The translations under genes and the position numbers were made by a program. 64,000 nt of DNA from Anaeromyxobacter sp. (GTDB lineage: Bacteria > Myxococcota > Myxococcia > Myxococcales > Anaeromyxobacteraceae): the NCBI GenBank assembly GCA_049840735.1, contig JASGJN010000007.1, forward strand, positions 210,680 to 274,679, given 5' to 3'. The notes under the pieces were generated by a model that was given only the letters and a program-made list of their open reading frames with translations, did not search any database and was not told the DNA's origin. Every line of letters begins with the position of its first letter. Position 1 is the first letter of the stretch. This document shows, one piece after another, positions 50,985 through 63,116 of the stretch.

Positions 50985-52084
50985 TGGACCAGCACCACCT
51001 GGGCGGTCGAGGTCCAGGAGGCCCAGGCCTCCTGCCCCTCCTCCAGCGCGTCCTCGCGGAAGCGGTCCACGTTGGACTCGCTCACCTTGAGGAGCGCCCC
51101 GCTCTCCAGCACCAGGTTGTAGACCGTGGAGCTGCCGAAGTAGTTCTTGTCGCGGACCCTGCCTCTCACCTGGTTCACGCGGGCGTGGCCCAGCGGCCGG
51201 TCGCGGGTGAGCCGGATCTTCTCCGGGCGCACCGCCACGGTCACCGGCATCCCCGGCGTGCCGGTGATGCCGTGGCCCACCAGGTGCCGGCAGTCGGCGC
51301 AGTCGATCTCCACGTGGTCCGGCTCGTCCACCGCCACCGTGCCGTCCATCAGGTTCACGTTGCCGATGAAGTCGGCCACGAAGCGGGTGGCCGGGGTCTC
51401 GTAGACCTCGCCCGGCTTGCCCACCTGGAGCACCACGCCCTCGCTCATCACCGCCATGCGCGAGGCCATGTTCATGGCCTCGTCCTGGTCGTGGGTGACC
51501 ATCACGCAGGTCACGCCCACCTCGTTGATGATGTTGACCAGCTCGACCTGCGTCTCCTCGCGCAGCTTCTTGTCGAGCGCCCCCAGCGGCTCGTCGAGCA
51601 GCAAGAGCTGCGGCCGCTGGGCCAGGCTGCGGGCCAGCGCCACGCGCTGCTGCTGGCCGCCGGAGAGCTGGTGCGGCTTGCGCCTGGCGTAGCCCGGGAG
51701 CTGGACCAGCCTGAGCAGCGACTCCACCCGCTCGGCGATCTCGGCCTTGGGCATCCCGTCGCGCTTCAGCCCGAACGCGATGTTCTCCCACACGGTCAGG
51801 TGCGGGAAGAGCGCGTAGGACTGGAACATCATGTTGATGGGGCGCAGGTACGGCGGCAGCCCGCCCAGCGGCTGGCCGTCGAGCAGCATCTCGCCCGAGG
51901 TGGGCGTCTCGAACCCCGCCAGCATGCGCAGGAGCGTGGTCTTGCCGCAGCCGGAGGGGCCGAGCAGCGCGAAGATCTCGCCCTTGTGGATGTCGAGCGA
52001 GACGTGGTCGACGGCCAGCGATCCGGTCCCGAAGTCCTTCGTGAGGTCCCGGATCTGGAGGTAGGCGCCGGCGGACGGGGGCAT
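50981..52084 (-). CDS. potG: Putrescine ABC transporter ATP-binding protein
   Basis: GPSGCGKTT, RPINMMFQSYALFPH, LSGGQQQR, LLDEPLGALDKKLRE, TOBE tail. Confidence 0.92.
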   Translation of the reverse strand: MPPSAGAYLQIRDLTKDFGTGSLAVDHVSLDIHKGEIFALLGPSGCGKTTLLRMLAGFETPTSGEMLLDGQPLGGLPPYLRPINMMFQSYALFPHLTVWENIAFGLKRDGMPKAEIAERVESLLRLVQLPGYARRKPHQLSGGQQQRVALARSLAQRPQLLLLDEPLGALDKKLREETQVELVNIINEVGVTCVMVTHDQDEAMNMASRMAVMSEGVVLQVGKPGEVYETPATRFVADFIGNVNLMDGTVAVDEPDHVEIDCADCRHLVGHGITGTPGMPVTVAVRPEKIRLTRDRPLGHARVNQVRGRVRDKNYFGSSTVYNLVLESGALLKVSESNVDRFREDALEEGQEAWASWTSTAQVVLVQ

Positions 52085-52104
52085 GGGCGGGTGCGGGGGC
52101 CGGC

Positions 52105-53208
52105 TCAGCGGCCGGTCCGGAACCGCGTGTAGAGCCGGGTCATGTGCCGCTTGGACTCGTTCGACAGCACGTCCGGCATGGCCATCTTCCTGAGGTCCTC
52201 CGGCGACACGAAGACCGACTTCTCCCCGGCCACCTCGGGCTTCACGAAGGGCAGCGAGGCCTTGTTGGGGTTGGCGTAGAAGACGGTGTTGGTCAGCCCG
52301 GCGTGGATCTCGGGGCGCAGGATGAAGTTGATGAAGAGGTGCGCGTTGCGCGGGTGCGGCGCGTCGGCGGGGATGGCCATGGCGTCCACGAAGACGATGC
52401 CGCCGGTCTTCGGGATCAGCGCCTGGATGTCCTGGCCCGACTTGTTCTCGATGGCGCGGCGGCGCGCGATGTTGATGTCGCCCGAGTAGCCCATCACCAG
52501 GCAGAGGTTGCCGTTCGCGAGGTCGTCGATGTACCCGGCGTTGGAGAACTGGGTGATGTAGGGCCGGATGGAGGCCAGCAGCGCCGGGACGCCCTGGTAG
52601 TCCTTGAGGTCGTTGGAGTAGGCGGGCTTGCCCAGGTAGTGCAGCGCCGGCGGCACCACCTCGGTGGGCGCGTCCACGATGGAGACGCCGCACTTCTTCA
52701 GCTTGGAGACGTACTCGGGCTTGAAGAGCAGGTCCCAGGCGTTCTCCGGCATGGGCAGGTCGCCCAGCGCCTTCTTCACCTTGCCCACGTTGACGCCGAT
52801 GGTGGTGTAGCCCCACAGCCAGGGCACCACGTAGTTGTTGCCCGGGTCGAGCTTGGCGAGCTGCTCCTGCAGCATCGGGTCGAGGTTCTTGAGGTTCGGC
52901 AGCTGCGACTTGTCGAGCTTGAGGAGCAGGCCGGCCGAGGCCTGCTGCTTGGCCCAGTACGAGGACGGCACGACGACGTCGTAGCCGCTCTTCCCCGCCA
53001 CCAGCTTGGCGTTCAGGATCTCGTTCGAGTCGAAGTTGTCGTACCGGACCTTGATGCCGGTCTCCTTCGTGAACCGCTCGAGCGTGTCGGCGCCGATGTA
53101 GTCGGCCCAGTTGTAGACGTTCAGGATCTTCGGCTCGTCCGCGCCGGCGGAGCCGGCCAGCGTGAGGGCCACGAGGAGGACGAGCGAGCGGCGCAGCAGC
53201 GTGGGCAT
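52105..53208 (-). CDS. potF: Putrescine ABC transporter substrate-binding protein
   Basis: Signal peptide; NVYNWADYI, FDSNE.L.AKL..G.SGYDVVVPS, WGYT, YIDDLANG..C..GYSGD. Confidence 0.92.
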   Translation of the reverse strand: MPTLLRRSLVLLVALTLAGSAGADEPKILNVYNWADYIGADTLERFTKETGIKVRYDNFDSNEILNAKLVAGKSGYDVVVPSSYWAKQQASAGLLLKLDKSQLPNLKNLDPMLQEQLAKLDPGNNYVVPWLWGYTTIGVNVGKVKKALGDLPMPENAWDLLFKPEYVSKLKKCGVSIVDAPTEVVPPALHYLGKPAYSNDLKDYQGVPALLASIRPYITQFSNAGYIDDLANGNLCLVMGYSGDINIARRRAIENKSGQDIQALIPKTGGIVFVDAMAIPADAPHPRNAHLFINFILRPEIHAGLTNTVFYANPNKASLPFVKPEVAGEKSVFVSPEDLRKMAMPDVLSNESKRHMTRLYTRFRTGR

Positions 53209-53467
53209 GCGGACTCCGGTGCGGGCTGGAAGATGCCCCTACATATCGCAAACGAGTCCCGGTTGGGGAGCGTCATTGGGCCTCGGAGCGATCGGGCTGC
53301 AGGTGGAGGGGAGCCGCCGCCGACCCCGGGATGGACGGGGCCGGAATCCGGCCACTTCGGTGTCCTGGCGCCCATCGCGGCGCTGGAGCGGATCGTGAAG
53401 ATTTCCTGGAGAGCCCATCCCGTTTCTGCCGGTTTCGCCGGGGCGCCCGCGCGCGTAGCCTCCCGGC

Positions 53468-54523
53468 ATGTTCAACGCCCGAGCCTACGCCGTCTCCAGC
53501 CCCACCGCCCCGTTCACCCGCACCGACATCCAGCGGCGGGACCCGACCCCGCACGACGTCCAGATCGAGATCCTCTTCTGCGGCATCTGCCACTCCGACG
53601 TGCACCAGGCGCGGAACGAGTGGAGCGGCATGCCCACCATCTATCCCTGCGTCCCGGGGCACGAGATCGTCGGCCGGGTGACGAAGGTGGGCTCGGCGGT
53701 GAAGGGGTTCAAGCCCGGCGACCTGGCCGGCGTCGGCTGCCTGGTGGACTCGGACGGCACCTGCCCCGAGTGCCAGGCCCACCACGAGCAGTTCTGCCCG
53801 GGCGCGGTCTTCACCTACAACGCGCCGGACCGCCACACCGGAAAGGTCACCTACGGCGGCTACTCGGACGGCATCGTGGTGGACGAGCGGTTCGCGCTTC
53901 GCGTTCCCGCCCACCTGGACCTGGCCGGCGCCGCCCCGCTGCTCTGCGCCGGGGTCACCACCTGGTCGCCCCTGCGCCGCCAGGGCGTCGGGAAGGGCAA
54001 GAAGGTGGGCGTGGTGGGGCTCGGCGGCCTCGGGCACATGGGCGTGAAGCTGGCCCGGGCCATGGGCGCGCACGTGGCAGTCTTCACCACCAGCCACTCC
54101 AAGATCGAGGACGCGCTGCGCCTGGGCGCCCACGAGGTGGTGGTCTCGCGCGACGCGAACGCCATGGCGAAGCAGGCCGGCAGCTTCGACATGATCCTCG
54201 ACACCGTCTCGGCGGTGCACGACCTGCACCCGTACCTGCACGCGCTCAAGCGCGAGGGCAACCTCACGCTGGTGGGCGCGCCGGACCAGCCGCACGCCGT
54301 CTCCGCCTTCGGCCTCATCTTCGGCAACAAGAGCCTCTCCGGCTCGCTCATCGGCGGGATCGAGGCCACGCAGGAGATGCTCGACTTCTGCGGCGAGCAC
54401 CAGATCACGGCCGACGTGGAGGTCATCCCCATCCAGAAGGTGAACGAGGCCTACGACCGGCTGCTCCGGTCCGACGTGAAGTACCGGTTCTCCATCGACA
54501 TGGCCTCGCTCCGGGCCGAGTAG
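53468..54523 (+). CDS. Zinc-dependent NADP alcohol/aldehyde dehydrogenase (YahK/CAD-like)
   Basis: CGICHSD, PGHEIVG, structural Zn cysteines, LLCAG.TT, GLGGLG, DVKYRF.ID. Confidence 0.95.
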   Translation: MFNARAYAVSSPTAPFTRTDIQRRDPTPHDVQIEILFCGICHSDVHQARNEWSGMPTIYPCVPGHEIVGRVTKVGSAVKGFKPGDLAGVGCLVDSDGTCPECQAHHEQFCPGAVFTYNAPDRHTGKVTYGGYSDGIVVDERFALRVPAHLDLAGAAPLLCAGVTTWSPLRRQGVGKGKKVGVVGLGGLGHMGVKLARAMGAHVAVFTTSHSKIEDALRLGAHEVVVSRDANAMAKQAGSFDMILDTVSAVHDLHPYLHALKREGNLTLVGAPDQPHAVSAFGLIFGNKSLSGSLIGGIEATQEMLDFCGEHQITADVEVIPIQKVNEAYDRLLRSDVKYRFSIDMASLRAE

Positions 54524-54581
54524 GGTGGGGCCCGGGGCGGCGGTGGCGCCCGCGCCGGGCGCCCTGTAGAAAGCCTTCACG

Positions 54582-55512
54582 ATGGCCTTCACCCCGCTCA
54601 ACGCGCTCAACGCCTTCCTGGCCGTGGCGCGGCGGCGCAGCTTCGCGGCCGCCGCGCGCGACCTGGGCGTGTCCACCTCGGCGCTCAGCCAGTCGGTACG
54701 GCAGCTGGAGGCGCGGCTCGGGGTGACGCTGCTGACCCGCACCTCGCGGACCGTGGCGCTGACCGACGCCGGTCGGCGGCTGCTGGAGGACGCGGGGCCG
54801 GCCGTGGACCAGGCCCTCGAGTCGCTGAAGACGGTTCTCGGCCCGGCCCGGCGAGGTGACCGGGCGGGTCCGGCTCTCGGTCCCCACCCCGGCCGTGCCG
54901 CTGGTGCTGGAGCGGCTCCTGCCGGCCTTCGCCGGGCGCCACCCCAGGGTGGAGGTGGAGGTCTTCGTCGAGAACCGCTTCGTGAACGTGATCGCCGAGG
55001 GGCTGGACGCCGGCATCCGGCTCAGCGAGGCGATCGAGCGCGACATGGTGCAGATCCGGCTGACGGCCCCGGGCCGCTTCGTGGTGGCCGGCGCGCCCGC
55101 CTATCTGGAGGCCCGGGGCGCGCCGCAGCAGCCGAAGGACCTGCTGGACCACGCCTGCATCGGCATCCGCTCCGCCAGCAACGGGCCGCGCTACGCGTGG
55201 GAGCTGGAGCGCGGCAAGAAGTCGTGGCGCGTCCCGGTCCAGGGCCCCGTGACCACCAACGACCCGGAGCTGATGCACGTCCTGGCCGTGGCCGGCCTGG
55301 GGCTCATCTACACCTTCGAGCCGCAGATCGCCGACGAGCTGCGGCGCGGGGCCCTGAGGCTGGTGCTGGAGCCGTACGCGGCGGCGGTGCCCGGGTTCTT
55401 CCTCTACTTCCCCAGCCGCGCCCAGGTCTCGCCGGCGCTGCGCGCCTTCGTGGGCATGGCCCGCGAGGTGATGGCGGCGGGGGAGCGCGGCCCCAGGGCG
55501 CGCCTGCGCTGA
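54582..55512 (+). CDS. LysR family regulator (CrgA-like); frameshift near 54835
   Basis: HTH SFAAAARDLGVSTSALSQ in ORF 54582. Substrate domain G.VRLS...DAGIRL...YFPSR in ORF 54856. Confidence 0.88.
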
Positions 55513-55513
55513 G

Positions 55514-58163
55514 TCAGGTCAGCAGGTGGACCAGCCGCTCCGGATCCGGCGGCTTGGCGATGTGCGCGTCGAAGCCGGCCTCCACCGCCCGCGCGACGTC
55601 CTCCGGCTGGGCGTAGCCGCTCAGGGCCACCAGCCGGATGGCCTTGCCGCCGTCGGCGCGGAGCCGCCGCGCCACCTCGTAGCCGTCCATGCCGGGCAGG
55701 CCGATGTCGCACAGCACCACGTCCGGCTGGTCGGCCAGGGCGGTGGCCAGCGCCCCCGGTCCGTCGTGCGCGATGGCCACCTCGTGCCCGCCCATCTCCA
55801 GCAGCTGCGCCAGGGTCTCCGCGGCGTCCTGGTTGTCGTCCACGACCAGGACGCGGCGCCGGGCCGGGGCGGCTGGCGTGCCGTCGCCGGCCTGCGGTCG
55901 GGGAGGGCGCGGCTGCCGGAGGTCGAGGGGGAGGGTGAGGATGATCTCGCTGCCTCTCCCCGGCCCGGCGCTGCGGGCCGTCACCTCGCCGCCGTGCATC
56001 GCCACCAGCCCCCGCACCAGCGCCAGCCCCAGCCCCAGGCCGCCCTCGCTGCGCGCCAGGGTCTGCCTGGCCTGGACGAACGGCTCGAAGATGGTCTGCA
56101 GTGTCTCCGGGTCCATCCCCAGCCCCGTATCCTCGACGTGGACCGCGGCGCGGTCGCCGCGGGCTTCCACCGTGAGCGTGACCACGCCGCCGGCGGGCGT
56201 GAACTTGGTGGCGTTGTGGAGCAGGTTGCCCAGCACCTGGGCCAGGCGGGTCTCGTCGCCGTCCACCAGCAGCGGGCCGAGCGGGGCGACGACCTTCAGC
56301 GCCAGCCCGCGCTCCTGCATGACTGGCCGGTGATCCTCGGAGGTCCTGCGCACCAGCGCGCCGAGGTCGAGGCGGGTCCTGCGCAGCTCGATTCTTGCCG
56401 CGCGCGATCCGGGTCACGTCCAGCAGGTCGTCCACCAGCCGCGTCAGGTGCGACACCTGCCGGCGCGCGATCTCCCTGGCGCGGCTGGACAGCGGGCCGG
56501 CCGGGTCGGCGCGATCCAGGATGAAGAGCGAGTTCCGGATGGGCGCGAGCGGGTTGCGGAGCTCGTGCGAGAGCATGCCCAGGAAGTCGTCCTTGCGCCG
56601 GTCCGCCTCGAGGAGCCGCTCGTTGGCGGTCCGGAGCGCAGCCTCGGCGCGGCTCCTCGCCGAGACGTCCTGGATGGCCAGCAGGCCGAGGGACGGCGAG
56701 CCGTTGGGCGCGATGATCACGCCGGAGTAGCTGAAGACGCGCTCCCAGCCGAGCCGGGTGTTCCGCACCAGGAACTCGGCGTCGCGGAACTGCTCGCCGG
56801 CCAGCAGCCGCGGCAGCGGCCACCGGTCCACCGGGATCGCCTCGCCCGACACCGTCCGCAGGACGTGCTCGGCCACCAGCGACTCCAGGAACAGGTGCTC
56901 GTCGCCGTCCCCGGTGTAGCCGTGGATGGCGAGCGCCTCGGCGTTCCAGTGGAGCGCGCCGGTGGCCAGGTCGGCCACCACCAGGCCGGTGGGCAGGACC
57001 TCCAGCACGGTCGCGAGGCGGCGGCGCTCGTCCTCCGCCACCCGGGCCGCTTCGCGGATGGCGTCCTCCGCCCGCTTGCGCTCGGTGACGTCCTGCGCCG
57101 TTCCGATCGCCCGCGCGAAGCGGCCGGCGGCGTCCGTCACGACGCGGACGTGCGCCTGGACCCAGAGCCGGGAGCCGTCGCGGCGCAGGTAGCGCTTCTC
57201 GTACTCGAACTCGCGCAGCTCGCCGGCGTGCCCGCGGGCGTGGAGCTCGCGGGTGAGCTCGCGGTCCTCGGGCGCGGTGACGTCGTGCAGGGTCCTGCCC
57301 ACCAGCTCCTCGGGCGCGTAGCCGAGCATGTGGCCGAACCTGCGGTTCACTGCCACGAACCGGTCCTGGTGGTCGATCTCGACCACGCCGATGGCGACGT
57401 CCTCGAAGATGGCCCGGAGCCGCTGCTCGTTCTCCTGGCGCTCGGTGATGTCCACGCCGGTGCCGATGACGTAGCGCACCGCCCCGCGCTCGTCGGCGAT
57501 GACGGTGTTGGACCAGTCGAAGAGCCGCTCGGCGCCGTCCCTCGTCCGCCAGCGGTTGCGGTGCTGGTTCGGGAAGTCTCCCATCCGCAGGCGGCGGAAG
57601 GTGGTCAGGGCGCCGTCGAGCTCGGCGGCGGGGATGAGGAGGTCGAAGACGGACCGGCCCAGCGCCTCCTGCTCGGTGAAGCCGGTCACCCGCTCGCAGG
57701 CGGCGTTGAACCGGACGATCCGGCCGTCCGGGTCGAGGACCACCACCAGCGTGGCCAGCGTGTCGAGGATGGCGCTGCTGAAGTCGCGCTCGGAGCGGAC
57801 CGAGCGCTCCGCCGCCCGCTCCCGGGTGACGTCGCGGAAGAACGCGGCCACGCCACCGGTGCTGGTCGGATAGGCCGTGATGTGGACCCAGGTGTCGAGC
57901 GTCGGGAGGTGGTCCTCCAGCGCGACCGGTACCCGGTCGTCCATGCAGCGCTGGTAGGCGCGTCGCTGCGCCCCGGACGGATGGGCGAGCTCCGGCCAGA
58001 CCTCCCACAGCACGCGCCCCAGCGCCTCCTTGCGCGGCCGGCCGGTGATCCGCTCCTGCGCCGCGTTTACCCGGACGATGACCCAGCTCCCGTCCACCTC
58101 GACGAGGCCATCGCCGTGCTCGAGGAGCTCGTCGGCCGGCGCTGGTCTGGGCGGAGTGGGCAT
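55514..58163 (-). CDS. Multi-PAS hybrid histidine kinase; frameshift near 56390
   Basis: Three to four PAS/PAC domains, LSHELRNPLAP, NA.KFT, GGLGLGL, receiver VVDDN..DIGLP.MDG..KP. Confidence 0.9.
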
Positions 58164-58384
58164 GGGAAGCCGCCTGCGTGCCTGCTGCGAAGGGCGTGGG
58201 AGCTCCGGGCAGGACGGGCTTCGGGCGAACCACCCTCGCGCACCTTTCCATTCCCATGTCCTCCGGCGTCCACCGGCGCACGCCCCGGATGGCGGGCGGG
58301 CGACCGCCCGGGCCTCCGCCGAGGCGCGAGCAGCATGCGCTCGCCTGGCAGGATGGTCCGGCGGGCCCTGGCGCCCGGGCCCGA

Positions 58385-59543
58385 TCAAGGCCCGTCGAAG
58401 CCGGCGCTGGGCTGGGCCCGCCGGCGAAGGCCGCGCATCAGCTCCCGCGCCTGTCCCAGCCGCTCCAGCGCCTCGCCTGCGCTGTCAGCGACGGCGCAGA
58501 GGTGCCCGAGCTTGCGGCCCGGGCGCGGCGCCTTGCCATAGAGGTGGAGGCTGACGCCGGGGACGGCCAGGGCCCGGTGCGCGAGGGAGGCGTCGTCCCC
58601 GAGGAGGTTCTGCAGCGCCGCGGTGGCGTGGGGGCGCGGATCGCCCAGCGGCAGGCCGCAGATGGCGCGGATCAGCTGCTCGAACTGGCCCACTGCGCAG
58701 GCCGCGCCGGCGTGGTGGAAGGTGTTGTGCGGGCGGGGCGCCAGCTCGTTGACCAGCAGCCCGCGCCGCCGGTCCAGGAACAGCTCCACCGCGAGCAGCC
58801 CCTCCACCTCGAGGCCGTCCGCGATGCCGACGGCCAGCCCGCGCGCCTGCGCCAGCAGCGCCTCCGGGAGCGGCGCCGGGAGGACCGACTGGACCAGGAC
58901 GCCGTCGGCGTGCCAGTTCCGGGCCGCGGGGTGGACCGCCAGCTCCCCCGCCGGCGAGCGCGCCACCAGCACCGACAGCTCGGCTTCGAGGTCGAGCTCC
59001 GCCTCGGCCACGCAGGGGGCCGAGCCGAGCGCGGCGAACGCCTCGGCCGCGTCGGCCTGCCCCTCGACCCGGGCCTGCCCGCGCCCGTCGTAGCCGCCGG
59101 TGCGCCGCTTCAGCCGGAGCGGGCCGAGCGCGGTCGCGGCGGTCAGGGCAGCCGCGGCGTCCGCGACGTGGAGCCAGGGGCCCACCGGGAAGCCGGCCTC
59201 CTGCAGCCAGGCCTTCTGCCGGGCGCGATCCTGGATTCCGCTCCAGCACGGCGGGGGCCGGGCGGACCGGCGCGAACCGGGCCGCGGCCTGCGCCGCGGC
59301 CGGGTGGACGCGCTCGATGTCGAAGGTCACCACCGCCGAGCGCGTCGCCAGCTTGACGGCGGCGGCGGCGTCCTCCAGCGAGGCCGCGATGACCTGGTCG
59401 GCCACCGGCGCGGCCGCGCAGCCGGGGTCCGGGTCGAGCACCACCACCCGGTACCCCATGGCGCGGGCGGCCAGCGCGCTCATGCGCGCCAGCTGGCCCC
59501 CGCCCAGGAACCCGAGGGTCGCGCCCGGGAGGATGGGCGTCAC
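58385..59543 (-). CDS. purK: N5-carboxyaminoimidazole ribonucleotide synthase; frameshift near 59235
   Basis: [51 protein letters not shown]. Confidence 0.92.
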
Positions 59544-60037
59544 GCGTCCACCTCCTTCAGCACCGCCTCGGCCGCGGCGCGGCGGCGGTCGCGGAGGCGC
59601 TGGCGCAGCGCCGCGTCGTCGCCGGCCAGGAACTGCGCTGCAAGCAGGGCCGCGTTGGCGGCGCCGGGCGCGCCGATGGCCAGGGTGCCGACCGGCACGC
59701 CGCGGGGCATCTGGACGATGGAGAGCAGGGCGTCCATCCCCTGGAGCGCCGTCGCGGGGATGGGCACCCCCAGCACCGGCACCAGGGTGTTCGCGGCCAG
59801 CATGCCGGGCAGGTGGGCGGCGCCGCCCGCGCCCGCGATGATGACGCGCAGCCCCCGCCGCTCGGCGGCCTCGGCGTATCTCGACCATCCAGGCCGGCGT
59901 CCGGTGCGCTGAGACGATCTTCACCTCGTGCGGGACCCCCAGCGCCGTCAGCTCCTGGCGCGCGGCCTCCATGTGCACGAGGTCGCTGCGGCTGCCCATC
60001 ACGATGCCCACGCCGGGCCGGTGGCGTCCGGTTCCAT
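59540..60037 (-). CDS. purE: N5-CAIR mutase; frameshifted
   Basis: [50 protein letters not shown]. Confidence 0.92.
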
Positions 60038-60170
60038 GGTGTCCTCCCTCATGGCCGCGCCAGCCCGAGGAAGCGCGTGACGCGGAGCTCCTCCGGGGTG
60101 GTAGCTCGCCGCCAGCCGGATGATGACGAGCCTGCTTCGCGAACCAAAATGCATGAACCGGAGGACGTAA

Positions 60171-60557
60171 TGGCCCGTACCAGGACGCGCCAGCCGTCCA
60201 GCTGCCGCGCCCTTCGCGGGACGTCGAGGGCGAGCAGCGCGGCTGGACTTTCCTCAGCAATCACGCGCACGTGCTCATCTGCGTGGCGGCGTAGCCCTCG
60301 GCCGGCATCCAGGAGATCGCCGAGCAGGTCGGGATCGACATACCGCGGCGTGAGCGGGATCCTGCGCGAGCTGGAGGAGGCCGGCTACCTGTCGCACGCG
60401 CGCCAGCGACGACGCGCGCAGCAACGTCTACGGTGGACCGCTCGCTGCCGCTGCGCCACCCGCTGGAGCGGCACCGGCGCATTCGCTGGCGCCGCCGGAC
60501 CTGGCGGATCAGCGCGCCAACGGGTTCGCTCCTGCCTTCGTCACGAGCCCGGCTGAC
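60171..60557 (+). CDS. Small winged-helix regulator; sequence error-ridden
   Basis: GGAGG RBS then ATG; WTFLSNHAHVLICVA, EIA.QVG, L.ELEEAGY, LRHPLE across frames. Confidence 0.65.
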
Positions 60558-60616
60558 CCGTCGCGCCAGGCGACGCGGGCGCCGCCGCTCTCGCGACGAC
60601 GCCCGCCAGCATCCCT

Positions 60617-61708
60617 TCACCGGTGCAGCGCCAGGAACAGCTCGTAGCCGTAGCCAGCCAGGATCTCGCCGGCGAGGACGAAGGCAAGGTAGAGGGCGAT
60701 GGCCCGGCTGCGCAGTCACCAACGTTGAGAGCCCGGCGACCACCCAGGCGCTGGTGGCAGGTGGTGATCGACGAAGGCGAGCATGTGCTCTTGCTGGCCC
60801 CTCCCCGGAGCAGCGCCTCGATGATCGGGACCGACGACTCGGTGGTCACGTAGAAGGGCAGGCCCACCAGCGCGGCGAAAGGGACCCAGTAGGCGTGCCC
60901 CGCGCCGAAGAGGCCGCCCATGAGCTCCACCGGGGCGAAGCGGTCGACGAGGTGGCCGACGGCGACGAGCAGGGCGAAGGAGGCGAGGATTCGCCTTGCG
61001 CCCACGTCGCGGAAGGCCCGGATGACCTCGGGCACCTTGAGCCCGGCCATGTGCACCGAGGCTCCGCAGCGCGGCCGTGAGCGGATCCGGATGGCGAGGC
61101 CGGTGGCCGCATCGAAGGAGCCTGCCGCGGCGTCTTGCAGGTCCGGCAGCACTGCGGGGCCAGGTCGGCCGCGCAGGCGCATCTGGCTGCGGGGGCCTTG
61201 CGCACGGCCGCTGCGCAGCCGCACGCGCTGGGCGCGGCGGGGCCGGCGAACCGCGTCGGCCAGCCACCGCGTGCGGGTCTCGACCAGGTGACGTAGCCGG
61301 AGCCCAGGCCGATGACCACCGACGCGATGGCGACGGCCGCCGCGAACTCCGCGCCGACCACGCCCGCCAGCAGCACGAAGCCATCCGGGCTCATGAGCGG
61401 CGAGGAGGTGGAGGAAGGCCATGATCGGTGCCCAGGGGACGGTCGCGGTCAGCATCCCCAGGATCACCGCCATGGTGCCGCAGGCGCAGAGCGGCGTGAA
61501 CGCGCCCAGCGCGACGCTGCCCAGGATGGAGGCGTGGGTCCGCCGCGCCAGGGCGCGCTCCAGGCGCTTCGCGTCGGCGTGGACCTTCATGACGTCGGCC
61601 AGGAGGATGGCCAGCGACAGCGGCAGCCAGTTGTGGGCCAGCAGGTTCGACACGGCCTGGAGCGTCTCGGCTGCGATGGTGGCGGTCCGGGTCGAGAGGG
61701 GCTTCCAC
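60617..61708 (-). CDS. DUF318/ArsP-like permease; multiple indels
   Basis: LGAFTPLCACGT, MAF..SSPLMSP, Cys-rich linker, AALVGLPFY. Confidence 0.72.
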
Positions 61709-61811
61709 TGTGCGCGTCCTCCTTCGAGTGGATGCTCCCAGGGGAAGACGCAGCCATTGCATTGGATGCAGGGTATTGATGCGACAGGACCCAACCCCCT
61801 GGAGCGGTCCG

Positions 61812-62393
61812 TCAGCCCCTGGGGCGCCGCGGGCGGGGTGGTCCGGCAGCAGCAGCAGCGCGGCGGCGTCGAGGACGGTGCCGTACCGGTCGACCACGAA
61901 CTGGCAGCAGCGCAGGAGCGCGTCCCGCACCAGGTACCTGCCGCGCTACCTGCGCGACTTCGCGCCGGAGATGGAGATATTTGAGCTGGGCGGCCGCTTC
62001 CTTGAACGAGCGCCCCTCGAGGTCGACGAGCGACACGGCTCGCGCGTACGGCTCGGGCAGCGCCGCGATCAGCTCGCGTACGCCCGCGGCCATGCCGGCG
62101 TGCTCGCGGACACGTCGTCGTCCCCGCCATCTTCGAGGGCCGAGGAGGAGGAGGCCGGCACGGCTTCGCCCGTGCCGGCGCTGGAGTCGACCACCGCGCT
62201 GCGCGCCACCGCGAACAGCCACCCGGAGAGATTGGGGCATCGCTCCCGAGCCGCCCGGCGCCCCGATGAACGCGGATGAAGATGTCCTGGAGCACGTCTT
62301 CGGCGTCCTCGGCGTTCCGGAGCTTGTTCCGAGGTAGCCCGGGAGCTTCCCGGAAGGCCTCCCGAGAGCCGGGAGGTGTCGATTGGACGTCAT
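61812..62393 (-). CDS. ECF RNA polymerase sigma factor, SigZ-like; multiple indels
   Basis: DAEDVLQDIFIRVH, WLF.VAR..VVD, LPEPY..AV.L.DLEG, GAKSR, LLRCC. Confidence 0.75.
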   Translation of the reverse strand: MTSNRHLPALGRPSGKLPGYLGTSSGTPRTPKTCSRTSSSAFIGAPGGSGAMPQSLRVAVRGGAQRGGRLQRRHGRSRAGLLLLGPRRWRGRRRVREHAGMAAGVRELIAALPEPYARAVSLVDLEGRSFKEAAAQLKYLHLRREVAQVARQVPGAGRAPALLPVRGRPVRHRPRRRRAAAAAGPPRPRRPRG

Positions 62394-62434
62394 CGGGCTC
62401 GCCGTAGGTACTGCGCCACCATACCGCGGCGCCG

Positions 62435-63116
62435 TCAGGGAGAGCGCGCGCCTTCGCACCGCCCGCGTACGGCGGCGCTTGCCGGTCCTTCGAATACGCC
62501 CGATCCGCCGGCGGAGAAGCGGCCGGCGCCCGATGCGCTCTGGCACGATGGTCCTCTTCGCCAGCCAGCATCGAGACGAGGGCGGCGATCTTCCGGGCAC
62601 GGCCGGCGGTGGTCTTCATCTGGTTTGTCGCAAAATGCCAGCGCGAACAGGTTCATCTTGCCGAGGCCGTGGAAGGTCCGGCGTGCCGAGGGTTCGCCTC
62701 GATGGCGGCGCGCAGGTCGGCCGGGATGGTCGCCTGCGCGGCTCGATCGGCGCGTACGCTGCGTCCCAGCGTCCATCCGCCTTGGCCGCATCGACCTGCC
62801 GCTGGCCGTGGACGGTCATGCGGCCGGCCGCCGTCAGCCGCGCGACGTGCTCCCGGTTGATTTGGCTCCAGGTGCTCCTGGCCCGGCGCGGCGTGTACCG
62901 CTGGAGGTAGGAGCGCCGATCGAGCCCTTTGCGGATGCCGTCGATTCATCCCTACAGCGCCACCTCGAGCGCCTCGGTGACCGTGGCGATGCCGTACTCC
63001 TCGAAGTATCCTACGAGAGCGGGTCGCGGTCGTGGTTCGCCGAGAACCAGGCCTCGAACGCCTTCACGCTCCGGAAGATCCTGGTACCTGTTCGCATCGG
63101 GAACGAGCGGTGCCAT
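62435..63116 (-). CDS. YdeI/OmpD-associated family protein; multiple indels
   Basis: F....FEAW..NH, EAL.., RYTPRR.RS.WS, M...G...V..AK.DGRWDAAY, P.DL..A...NP. Confidence 0.72.
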
